A stretch of DNA of 64,000 nucleotides, taken from Escherichia coli. GTDB taxonomy: Bacteria > Pseudomonadota > Gammaproteobacteria > Enterobacterales > Enterobacteriaceae. Position numbers and translations under genes: made by a program. Positions 1-11,260 of this stretch are shown in pieces (position 1 is the stretch's first letter; each line of letters opens with the position of its first letter). The stretch lies in NCBI RefSeq assembly GCF_044324875.1, contig NZ_CP172185.1; one strand, written 5' to 3'. The notes under the pieces are model-generated. The model was not told the DNA's origin. It did not search any database and saw only the letters and a list, made by a program, of their open reading frames with translations.

Positions 1-1
1 C

Positions 2-781
2 GACCGTTTGCTCACTATTATGCAGCGCCTGCGCGACCCGGAAAACGGCTGCCCGTGGGATAAAGAGCAGACATTTGCCACCATTGCGCCTTACACCCTT
101 GAAGAAACCTACGAAGTGCTGGACGCCATCGCCCGTGAAGATTTTGACGATCTTCGCGGTGAACTGGGCGATCTGCTATTCCAGGTGGTGTTTTACGCGC
201 AAATGGCTCAGGAAGAAGGGCGCTTTGACTTTAATGATATTTGCGCTGCTATTAGCGATAAATTAGAGCGTCGCCATCCGCATGTTTTTGCTGACAGTTC
301 TGCCGAAAACAGTAGTGAAGTGCTTACCCGTTGGGAGCAAATCAAAACCGAAGAGCGCGCGCAGAAAGCGCAGCATTCAGCGCTGGACGATATTCCTCGT
401 AGTTTACCGGCTTTAATGCGTGCGCAAAAAATCCAGAAACGTTGCGCCAACGTTGGTTTCGACTGGACGACGCTTGGTCCGGTAGTCGATAAAGTCTACG
501 AAGAGATCGACGAGGTGATGTACGAGGCGCGGCAGGCTGTTATCGACCAGGCTAAACTGGAGGAGGAAATGGGTGACCTGCTGTTTGCCACGGTCAACAT
601 GGCACGCCATTTAGGGACAAAAGCAGAGATTGCACTACAAAAAGCCAATGAAAAATTCGAGCGCCGTTTTCGCGAAGTGGAGCGTATTGTTGCCGCGCGT
701 GGACTGGAAATGACAGGTGTTGACCTCGAAACAATGGAAGAAGTCTGGCAACAGGTAAAACGGCAGGAAATTGATCTCTAA
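2..781 (+). CDS. mazG: Nucleoside triphosphate pyrophosphohydrolase MazG, 5'-truncated by window edge
   Basis: ORF track 8..781; same frame is open back to position 2; product matches the MazG N- and C-terminal EE..E..D halves (LEETYEVLDAIARED, EEIDEVMYEARQ). Confidence 0.9.
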   Translation, partial: DRLLTIMQRLRDPENGCPWDKEQTFATIAPYTLEETYEVLDAIAREDFDDLRGELGDLLFQVVFYAQMAQEEGRFDFNDICAAISDKLERRHPHVFADSSAENSSEVLTRWEQIKTEERAQKAQHSALDDIPRSLPALMRAQKIQKRCANVGFDWTTLGPVVDKVYEEIDEVMYEARQAVIDQAKLEEEMGDLLFATVNMARHLGTKAEIALQKANEKFERRFREVERIVAARGLEMTGVDLETMEEVWQQVKRQEIDL

Positions 782-993
782 GGGAATTACGTGGTCAAGC
801 GCGATTTGTGTCATTTTTTAAATGACAAGCGCTTGATTTGCGTCAAAAACATTTACCCCAAAGGGGCTATTTTCTCACTCCTGATTTCAATAGTGCGCTG
901 GCGAAGAGGAGGGATAATGAAAGTTTGTGGCACAGGTCATGTTCGGGTATACTGCTTTCCCGTCCTGGTTATTCCATCGTCTTTTCAACCTAA

Positions 994-2646
<1,653 letters not shown>

Positions 2647-2666
2647 GTAAAAAAGTTAGAACGGCA

Positions 2667-2694
2667 ACGCGTACCCTGGGTACGCGTTGTTTGT
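2667..2694 (+). terminator. Stem-loop in pyrG-eno spacer (10-bp inverted repeat AACGCGTACC / GGTACGCGTT followed by GTTTGTCTGG); partial terminator or processing site
   Basis: Perfect inverted repeat read directly; U-rich but interrupted tail. Confidence 0.4.
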
Positions 2695-2718
2695 CTGGAG
2701 TTTCAGTTTAACTAGTGA

Positions 2719-4032
<1,314 letters not shown>

Positions 4033-4056
4033 GTCTGACTTTATCTGATTAAAAAA

Positions 4057-4082
4057 TGCCAGCCTTCGGGCTGGCATTTTTT
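4057..4082. terminator. Bidirectional rho-independent terminator between convergent eno and TPM gene
   Basis: TGCCAGCC-TTCG-GGCTGGCA hairpin flanked by A6 upstream and T6 downstream. Confidence 0.75.
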
Positions 4083-4091
4083 ATGGTTGAG

Positions 4092-4985
4092 TTACCAGCG
4101 ACCGGACGCGCCGCCACCGCCAGAAGAACCGCCCCCGCCGCTAAATCCGCCGCCACTTGAGCCGCCACCGGAAGAGGATGAAGAAGAACCTTTTCTTGAA
4201 GCTCTTTCTTTACTGAGTTTTTTGTATTTGGCGCGTAGCTTTTTATTAACGATAAGCCAAAAAATAACCAGTGGTACGATAGCAAAAGGCGTGAGCATAC
4301 CGCAGGCAACGATTAAATTCGTCCATGGTCCTGGCTCGGCAACATAGAGGAATACCATCCCATAAATTCCGCCAGTCAGTGCTATCCAGGGTAAATTCGA
4401 CGGATCGGTAAAAACAATAAAATATGAAAGTACCGCCAGCAATATAATTACAGCAAGCGATAATGGAATAGGGGGATTGATACTGTAATAATCCCCCCTG
4501 TCTTCCGGTAATTCACCATTCAACAGAAGCGCTCCGATATTTTCGCTTGCCAGTGTTAACCCACCCATCAAGTCATCACTTTTGAAGGCTGGGATTAATA
4601 TATTACGGATAATCTTCGCTGCTTGCAGATCGGTAACCACCCCTTCCAGCCCGTAGCCCACTTCTATACGGACAGCATGATCTTCCCAGGCAACCAGCAG
4701 TAAAATACCATCGTTTCGCTGCTTATCTCCCAGTTTCCAGCTATCAAAAACGCGTGTTGCATATTGTTCAATGGTATCGTCTCCGGTGGATGGCACTATT
4801 AATACGGCGACCTGGGCCCGTGTTTTTTGTGTGATATCCTGCAGCTGTTGTGTCAGTGATTGTTGTTCAGACGTGCTTAACGTACCAGTAATATCGGTCA
4901 CCTGTTGGCGCAGCTCCGGCACAGCAATTTGCTGGGCAAGCCCAGGAAGGCACCATAAAGTAAGTAGAAAAAAGATTAAGCGCAT
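4092..4985 (-). CDS. TPM-domain membrane protein (YgcG-like), paralog A
   Basis: 297 aa; signal peptide, TPM-type domain (VAVLIVPSTGDDTIEQYATRVFDSWKLGDK, ILLLVAWEDH), TM helices, Gly/Ser-rich C-terminal tail ending GGGGASGRW. Confidence 0.85.
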   Translation of the reverse strand: MRLIFFLLTLWCLPGLAQQIAVPELRQQVTDITGTLSTSEQQSLTQQLQDITQKTRAQVAVLIVPSTGDDTIEQYATRVFDSWKLGDKQRNDGILLLVAWEDHAVRIEVGYGLEGVVTDLQAAKIIRNILIPAFKSDDLMGGLTLASENIGALLLNGELPEDRGDYYSINPPIPLSLAVIILLAVLSYFIVFTDPSNLPWIALTGGIYGMVFLYVAEPGPWTNLIVACGMLTPFAIVPLVIFWLIVNKKLRAKYKKLSKERASRKGSSSSSSGGGSSGGGFSGGGGSSGGGGASGRW

Positions 4986-4990
4986 AATGA

Positions 4991-6139
4991 TTACCAGCGT
5001 CCGGATGAACCGCCGCCTCCTGAAGAACCACCACCACCGCGGAAAGAATTTCTCGACGAAGAGCGAGAATGAGCATTACGATTCCCCGTTTTCCTGTTGC
5101 TTTTTTCTCCTGACCCCAGTTTAAGATTGCCAGTAAATTTGGCCACAATGATCAGCAGAACTATGCCAGCAATGGTTATTGGGCCGATAAAATGATCAAT
5201 TAGCCCAATAATTGTTGAGATGAATGCAATATCTTTATTACTGGCGAACACCAGGCACCATCCCACAATAATTATCAGCATCACGACAAACAATGAATTT
5301 CGTCCTGATTCACGAACCTGCGGAGTCTTCTTTTGTTTTTTCACTTTAGTGTTTTTATTTTTGGGGGCCAGCATCATAGGAAATGCGCGGCACATATTAA
5401 AAACTACCGCGAGACGCTGCCAGCAGGTTGTTGCTAACAATAAACTAAAACAAACGACCGATACCCGCCGAATGATGACATCGTCCTGAAAGGAGAAAAA
5501 CCAGACCATAGGGGTAATCATCGATATCATCCATATGCCACGCCCTGGGCGGCTGGCAAATCGCCAGAGGACAACGATGGCAACGATCATCAGCAGTGTC
5601 CAGGCAAGACAAGGCAGCGAACGTTGCGGATTAGCAAACAGATGATTGGCTAAAGCATCCAAAGGGCTAAGGTTCGCTTTGATATGGGTAAACTGTGCGA
5701 TGCTTTCAATTCCGCCCGTTAATCCAGCAAAGAGATTGTTTTTTTCGAATTCTGGCTGCATATGGTAACGAACAATTTGCGCAGCTTGTTCCGGCGGCAA
5801 CATCTGTTCCAGTCCATGTCCAATCTTCATTGACGCCAGCCCTTCCGGCCATACGACGAGAATTAAGATACCTTCGCCATATCGCTTCTCTCCAACGGGT
5901 TTCCAGTGATATACCCCGTATCTCTGCGAGGCTGCAAGTTTAATGTTTTTGCCCCCTGTGGTCGGCGTGACCAACACGGCCACCTGGAAGTGGTTTTGCT
6001 GCACGAGAGTCTGTAATTGTTGAGTTAAAGCAGTTTGTTCTTCTGTCGTTAATGTCCCGGTTAAGTCAGTTACTGAAGGCAATTGTTCAGCGAATACCTG
6101 AAAACCGCATAGCATCAGAAGTAAGAGAAAAATACGCAT
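4991..6139 (-). CDS. TPM-domain membrane protein, paralog B with extra internal hydrophobic insertion
   Basis: 382 aa; signal peptide, divergent TPM domain, additional TM segments, C-terminal tail ending GGGGSSGRW. Confidence 0.8.
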   Translation of the reverse strand: MRIFLLLLMLCGFQVFAEQLPSVTDLTGTLTTEEQTALTQQLQTLVQQNHFQVAVLVTPTTGGKNIKLAASQRYGVYHWKPVGEKRYGEGILILVVWPEGLASMKIGHGLEQMLPPEQAAQIVRYHMQPEFEKNNLFAGLTGGIESIAQFTHIKANLSPLDALANHLFANPQRSLPCLAWTLLMIVAIVVLWRFASRPGRGIWMISMITPMVWFFSFQDDVIIRRVSVVCFSLLLATTCWQRLAVVFNMCRAFPMMLAPKNKNTKVKKQKKTPQVRESGRNSLFVVMLIIIVGWCLVFASNKDIAFISTIIGLIDHFIGPITIAGIVLLIIVAKFTGNLKLGSGEKSNRKTGNRNAHSRSSSRNSFRGGGGSSGGGGSSGRW

Positions 6140-6153
6140 ATCAATTCCTTTTG

Positions 6154-7047
6154 TTACCAGCGCCCGGAAGCGCCACCGCCACCAGATGAACCGCCACCAC
6201 CGCTGAAATTGTCATTGTTGAATGAAGAGGATGACGATGATGAATAGTGGGAGGAAGAATTGCTTCTTGTATGGCGTGATGGCTGGTTGGCATCACGCAT
6301 CGAATCCCGAACCTTTTTGCCGAAGGGGGTAAAAGCGATGGCGACAGCCAGGAACGGTGTGGCGAAGCAGAGTAATGTTGCGAGTACTCCCCAGCTTCCG
6401 CTGAAGCCTGCTATAGGTAAAACAAAGGCCAGTACAATAGCTGCGAAGCAAATTACTCCCAGCGTTTTGATATATCCTCTGGCAGAAATAAACGTCAGTA
6501 CTATCGCCCAGACTAACAAAGCCCACCAACCGCTAAAAGGCAAAGGGTGATCGGTCGGTGTTATCGTTGCTAAATTATTCCCCGTCAGACGACTTTCAAT
6601 ATCGCTGATTCCCTTTTGCAAACCACCAGCCAGGTCCCCTTTTTTAAATGCCGGAATAATACTGTTGCGAATAATTTTCCCGGACTGTGCATCCGTAATA
6701 ATACCTTCCAGTCCGTAACCGATTTCAATACGCACGGTATGATCCTGCCAGGCGACTAACAGTAGAACGCCATCATCGTGGTCTTTATCACCCGGTTTCC
6801 AGCTATCGAATACCCGCGTTGCGTACTGCTCGATGGTTTCATCGCCTGTTGTTTCAACCACTAACACGACCAACTGTGCGTTGTTTTTTTGCGTCAGGGC
6901 TTTAATCTGGTTGGTCAGGGTGTTTACTTCACTGTTTGTCAATGTGCCGGTTAAGTCATTCACATACCTGGGTGATTCAGGTACTGGAATTTGTGTGGCA
7001 AACACAGATGAACAGAAGAAAGCCATAAGGAAGATAAAATTTCGCAT
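6154..7047 (-). CDS. TPM-domain membrane protein, paralog C
   Basis: ORF 6154..7077; start moved to internal ATG at 7047 (MRNFIFLMAFF signal peptide, GGGGAAG 4 nt upstream); tail ends GGGGASGRW. Confidence 0.8.
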   Translation of the reverse strand: MRNFIFLMAFFCSSVFATQIPVPESPRYVNDLTGTLTNSEVNTLTNQIKALTQKNNAQLVVLVVETTGDETIEQYATRVFDSWKPGDKDHDDGVLLLVAWQDHTVRIEIGYGLEGIITDAQSGKIIRNSIIPAFKKGDLAGGLQKGISDIESRLTGNNLATITPTDHPLPFSGWWALLVWAIVLTFISARGYIKTLGVICFAAIVLAFVLPIAGFSGSWGVLATLLCFATPFLAVAIAFTPFGKKVRDSMRDANQPSRHTRSNSSSHYSSSSSSSFNNDNFSGGGGSSGGGGASGRW

Positions 7048-7060
7048 ATAACTTCCCCGC

Positions 7061-7663
7061 TTAATGCGCATTAGCATTCTGGCTAAAATCTATTATTGGT
7101 GCTTTACTCACAGCTGCGACGTCATCCGGCAAATAATTTTTCTTCGGTGTGTAATCCATGACCTTTGCGGTTAATACAGCGGGGAATTTGCGGATAGTGA
7201 CATTATATTGTTCAATGGCTTTAATATATCTTCCTCGCGCAACGGCAATTCTATTTTCACTTCCTTCGAGCTGTACCATTAAATTTTGATAGAGTTCCTG
7301 AGCTTTTAAATCAGGGTAACGTTCACTAATTATCGTTAACTGACCGAGAGTGCGAGACACCTGCGCCTGGGCTTGTTGCCAGGCTTGTAATTTTTGCGCA
7401 TCTCCCGGAGCTTGCTGAAGATCGCTACTGGCGCGATTAGCCTGGCTACGTGCCAATGTTACGGCTTCCAGTACCTCTTGTTCATGGCTGGAATAACCTT
7501 TAATACTGGCGACAAGATTAGGAATAAGATCGGCGCGACGTTGATATTGATTCAATACCTCAGACCAGGAGGCGTTAACCTGCTCATCATAGGTTTGAAT
7601 ATCGTTATATCCACAGCCTGATAAATTGGCAATAAATATAATTACGATGAATATCCTGAGCAT
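7061..7663 (-). CDS. LemA-family lipoprotein
   Basis: 200 aa; lipobox LSGC near N-terminus; LemA-like coiled region; first gene of a co-directional lemA-TPM-TPM-TPM run. Confidence 0.8.
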   Translation of the reverse strand: MLRIFIVIIFIANLSGCGYNDIQTYDEQVNASWSEVLNQYQRRADLIPNLVASIKGYSSHEQEVLEAVTLARSQANRASSDLQQAPGDAQKLQAWQQAQAQVSRTLGQLTIISERYPDLKAQELYQNLMVQLEGSENRIAVARGRYIKAIEQYNVTIRKFPAVLTAKVMDYTPKKNYLPDDVAAVSKAPIIDFSQNANAH

Positions 7664-7835
7664 GTCTATGTCCCTTTTAATTAATTCCTTAAAACATAAT
7701 ACGCCGCTTCATTTTATTCTTTATGATCTCATCCACTTTTTGCCTTAAACCTGCCTGTAACAGAATGTTAATAAGACATGATTGTTGTGGCAGGATCTGC
7801 AATAATTAACAATTATCCACTTCACAGAGAATGCT

Positions 7836-8507
7836 ATGCAGTACCCGATTAACGAGATGTTCCAGACCCTGCAAGGTGAGGGTTACTTTACCGGCGTCCC
7901 CGCCATTTTTATTCGTTTACAGGGATGCCCGGTTGGCTGTGCCTGGTGCGACACCAAACACACCTGGGAAAAGCTTGAGGATCGGGAAGTCTCCCTTTTC
8001 AGCATTCTGGCGAAGACCAAAGAGAGTGATAAGTGGGGGGCGGCGAGCAGTGAAGACTTGCTGGCTGTCATTGGTCGCCAGGGATACACCGCGCGGCATG
8101 TGGTGATTACGGGTGGTGAGCCTTGCATTCATGATTTGCTGCCACTGACTGACCTGCTCGAAAAGAACGGTTTTAGCTGCCAGATCGAAACCAGTGGTAC
8201 TCATGAGGTACGCTGCACACCGAATACCTGGGTTACCGTATCGCCAAAGCTGAACATGCGCGGCGGCTATGAAGTGTTGTCACAGGCACTGGAGCGAGCC
8301 AACGAAATCAAGCATCCAGTGGGACGCGTACGTGATATTGAAGCACTGGATGAACTACTGGCAACACTGACCGATGATAAACCGCGAGTCATTGCACTGC
8401 AGCCGATTAGCCAAAAGGATGATGCTACTCGTTTATGTATCGATACGTGCATTGCGCGCAACTGGCGTTTGTCGATGCAAACGCATAAATATTTAAATAT
8501 TGCCTGA
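7836..8507 (+). CDS. queE: 7-carboxy-7-deazaguanine synthase (radical SAM)
   Basis: 223 aa; radical-SAM Cys motif CPVGCAWCDT; position next to CRISPR array as in E. coli ygcF. Confidence 0.92.
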   Translation: MQYPINEMFQTLQGEGYFTGVPAIFIRLQGCPVGCAWCDTKHTWEKLEDREVSLFSILAKTKESDKWGAASSEDLLAVIGRQGYTARHVVITGGEPCIHDLLPLTDLLEKNGFSCQIETSGTHEVRCTPNTWVTVSPKLNMRGGYEVLSQALERANEIKHPVGRVRDIEALDELLATLTDDKPRVIALQPISQKDDATRLCIDTCIARNWRLSMQTHKYLNIA

Positions 8508-8689
8508 TTAAACATTTATAAGCGTTATAAATGGGTGGAACCTGTAAAGACTTCTACTCATTTATATTCTTTGTCGCCTCTGAAAAACCTCCATTTTGCC
8601 CATCCTGAACTAATCATTATCATTCTCTACAAATTTTATGGCGTTAATTTTTCGTTGGAGTGAAAATTATTGCGGTGAAATTTGGTAGA

Positions 8690-8845
8690 TTTTAGTTTGA
8701 ATAGAGTTATTTCAAATATTTATCTTTTTAATCAATGGATTAAATGCTCTTTAACATAATGGATGTGTTGTTTGTGTGATACTGTAAAGTTGGTAGATTG
8801 TGACTGGCTTAAAAAATCATTAATTAATAATAGGTTATGTTTAGA
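8690..8845 (+). promoter_or_regulatory. CRISPR leader (AT-rich) for array at 8846
   Basis: AT-rich tract directly 5' of first repeat; contains motif AGTTGGTAGATTGT 44 bp upstream of repeat 1, also present at the same spacing in the second leader (37409..37422). Confidence 0.65.
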
Positions 8846-9118
8846 GAGTTCCCCGCGCCAGCGGGGATAAACCGCTTCATCTGTCGGGCTAACTGGACAA
8901 AGAAACGAGTTCCCCGCGCCAGCGGGGATAAACCGTCGGTTTGACATCAAAGAAGCCATCAATCAGGGAGTTCCCCGCGCCAGCGGGGATAAACCGGTCT
9001 GGCCATAGGAACAAAGAAATTTGTCTTTGAGTTCCCCACGTCAGCGGGGATAAACCGGACACAGAGCGCCGCTATAGCGCCTATGCCAAGAGTTCCCCGC
9101 GCCAGCGGGGATAAACCA
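8846..9118 (+). CRISPR. Type I-E CRISPR array, 5 repeats / 4 spacers (29-bp repeat GAGTTCCCCGCGCCAGCGGGGATAAACCG, 32-bp spacers)
   Basis: Repeats start at 8846, 8907, 8968, 9029, 9090 (61-bp period); repeat 4 has two substitutions, repeat 5 ends A instead of G. Confidence 0.97.
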
Positions 9119-9571
9119 CCATATAACCCGTTATCTCTTTCTCAAGTTTTTATATTAGCAGTACTTGTAATAAGCAACATATCCACGTAACACCTCATGT
9201 TCAAAATAGTTCTCCATGCCAGAGAAGTTCACAATTATCGATACAAAAAATTAAATTTAATCAAAGTGTTATTTGTATGATTCTTAAATCGTTAAGAAAT
9301 TTTAATATATTATTTTTTTAATATTAATTAATGCCTGTTAATTTTTTCTTTAGAATAACAGTGTATTTTTTAAGCTTATTATTCATTGATTAAGTAATAA
9401 ATCTGGAAATTTGTCTTTGTTTTGAGGCTAATGAGTGATTTTACATAATCGCCTCTATACGCTGTTGATGAATAGTTCTTATGAATAAAGATATCCAGTT
9501 CATACTTTAAGTGAAAATTGATAAAGTGCGATTCGTATTGTCTTTTATTCTAAAGACATCGAGTGTAGTTA

Positions 9572-9709
9572 ATATTCCTTGTAAAAACAGGGATAAACCG
9601 AACTAGTTAAAGTTTTTATTATGTTCCCTGCATCAGCGGGGATAAACCGGACTTGTTATCATTTTTTAAGTTGTCGAACTTATGTTCCCCGCGTCAGCGG
9701 GGATAACCA
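9572..9709 (+). CRISPR. Degenerate CRISPR remnant (2 recognisable repeats at 9621 and 9682 with one 32-bp spacer, plus a partial repeat ending 9600)
   Basis: ATGTTCCCTGCATCAGCGGGGATAAACCG and ATGTTCCCCGCGTCAGCGGGGATAACC read directly; no convincing leader. Confidence 0.65.
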
Positions 9710-9755
9710 TTCAGGTATGTTCAGGCCGGGCAGTTTCCCGCCCGGTCTTCCTCAC

Positions 9756-11234
9756 TTACGCATTCGACCAGCTCTGGATCGAATCTTCATTCCCCAGCTC
9801 ACCATGCATCACTTCATACGATTTTTTCAGGATCACATCAGTGTGTTTGGTTAGGTCTTTGAAAATGCCTTTATTCATCGCGTTGTAGCGTTTGGCGTTG
9901 CTCTCAACAGGCATAAAGATATCTTTCACGCGAACCATTTTGTCGACAGCCGTTGCGTAATCCGGGTATAGCCCCAGACCTACCGCCGTATTAATCGCTG
10001 CCCCCAGGCTTGCACAACCATTAATGGCGTTACGGCGTGCCGGAAGGTTGAACACGTCGGCAAAAATCTGCATAAACAGATCGCTGTTCGAACCGCCGCC
10101 AGTAATGATCACATGCTTTGCAAAGTGATTCATTTCATTACACATATTGTCGTAATTGTTCTTCAGCGTCAGCGCCACGCTTTCCAGTATCGAACGATAT
10201 ATCCATGCGTAATCCATGCTGGAATCAAAGCCAATCATAATCCCGCGTTTGTACGGTTCCCACGGATTGGTCAGCCAGTCCAGCACCGTCATCAGACCAT
10301 TACAGCCTGGCGGCACACAAGAAGCTTTTTTGTTGAGTAAATCTTCCGGTGAAAGATCCTGCGCCCTGGCATCCTGAATTAACGACTCGCCTAGCATGTC
10401 GCGCAGCCAGCTCACCGTCCACATGCCTTTGCGAATACCGTAACCTTCATACAGCAAGGTTTGCGGAATAGAAGACATAATCGGCCAGTACGCTACCGGA
10501 TCTTTCGGCAGTACTTTGCCGTTCATCATCAACGCGATGTAAGTGCCAAGAGAAATTACCGCAGTTTCATCATCCAGTAACCCGGCTCCCAGTGCTTCTA
10601 CCGGTTTATCACTGGTGGTACAAACAACCGGCAGCCCAGCCGGGAAATGTGTCGCCAGCGCGGCTTGAGGAGTGATATGCCCAAGAACAGTGCCCGGCAT
10701 TTGCACATCAAACAGCATATGACGGGGGATATTAAACTTCTCCATGACTGCGGCATCTTCACTCCATGCCCAGGTCTTATAATCCACCGGCCACTGACCA
10801 AAATAGTTGGCGATATTGTCTTTAAACTCGCCGGTTAAGCGATGCGTCAGATAACCCGAAAAAGAGGTGACATATGCCACGTCAGGATTCGTATGTTCGT
10901 AAGGGCGTGTAACGCGTGCATCCTGCCAGCTAATCAACGGCGCAGCTGGCGTGCCATCGGCTTTCAATAACGCACGGCAGCAACGGATGGATCCCAGACC
11001 AATACCGACAATATCTTCTTTATTTCCGGCAAACTGACTCATCAAATCGTGACCGGCAAAGCATAATGATGCCCATAAATCGTCGTCAGGATGTTCTGCG
11101 GTATCGGCATCTGGCGTGTGCATCGGCTGCAATAAGCCTTTGCCTTCGCAAACCACATTACCTTCCAGATCGTACATCACCACTTTTGTGCTCTGACTTC
11201 CACCATCAATCCCTATGATGTATTTTTTCGACAT
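9756..11234 (-). CDS. ygcE: FGGY-family carbohydrate kinase
   Basis: 492 aa; N-terminal IGIDGGSQSTK typical of FGGY kinases. Confidence 0.88.
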   Translation of the reverse strand: MSKKYIIGIDGGSQSTKVVMYDLEGNVVCEGKGLLQPMHTPDADTAEHPDDDLWASLCFAGHDLMSQFAGNKEDIVGIGLGSIRCCRALLKADGTPAAPLISWQDARVTRPYEHTNPDVAYVTSFSGYLTHRLTGEFKDNIANYFGQWPVDYKTWAWSEDAAVMEKFNIPRHMLFDVQMPGTVLGHITPQAALATHFPAGLPVVCTTSDKPVEALGAGLLDDETAVISLGTYIALMMNGKVLPKDPVAYWPIMSSIPQTLLYEGYGIRKGMWTVSWLRDMLGESLIQDARAQDLSPEDLLNKKASCVPPGCNGLMTVLDWLTNPWEPYKRGIMIGFDSSMDYAWIYRSILESVALTLKNNYDNMCNEMNHFAKHVIITGGGSNSDLFMQIFADVFNLPARRNAINGCASLGAAINTAVGLGLYPDYATAVDKMVRVKDIFMPVESNAKRYNAMNKGIFKDLTKHTDVILKKSYEVMHGELGNEDSIQSWSNA

Positions 11235-11260
11235 GATTTTTCTCCTGTAATTTTCTGGAC

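Noticed and set aside
4087-4347. Pro/Glu-rich 86-aa ORF (PPPPEEPPPPLNPPPLEPPPEEDEEE)
   Set aside because: It is the reverse complement of the Gly/Ser-rich tail of TPM paralog A; low complexity is mirrored from the real gene
7664-7835. preQ1 riboswitch upstream of queE (or queD at 20916..21000)
   Set aside because: No compact hairpin-pseudoknot aptamer is apparent in either leader; the regions look like ordinary AT-rich promoters
9621-9888. Two + strand ORFs beginning MFPASAGI..
   Set aside because: Their N-termini are translations of CRISPR repeats (ATGTTCCC..GCGGGGATAAACC); artefacts of the repeat sequence
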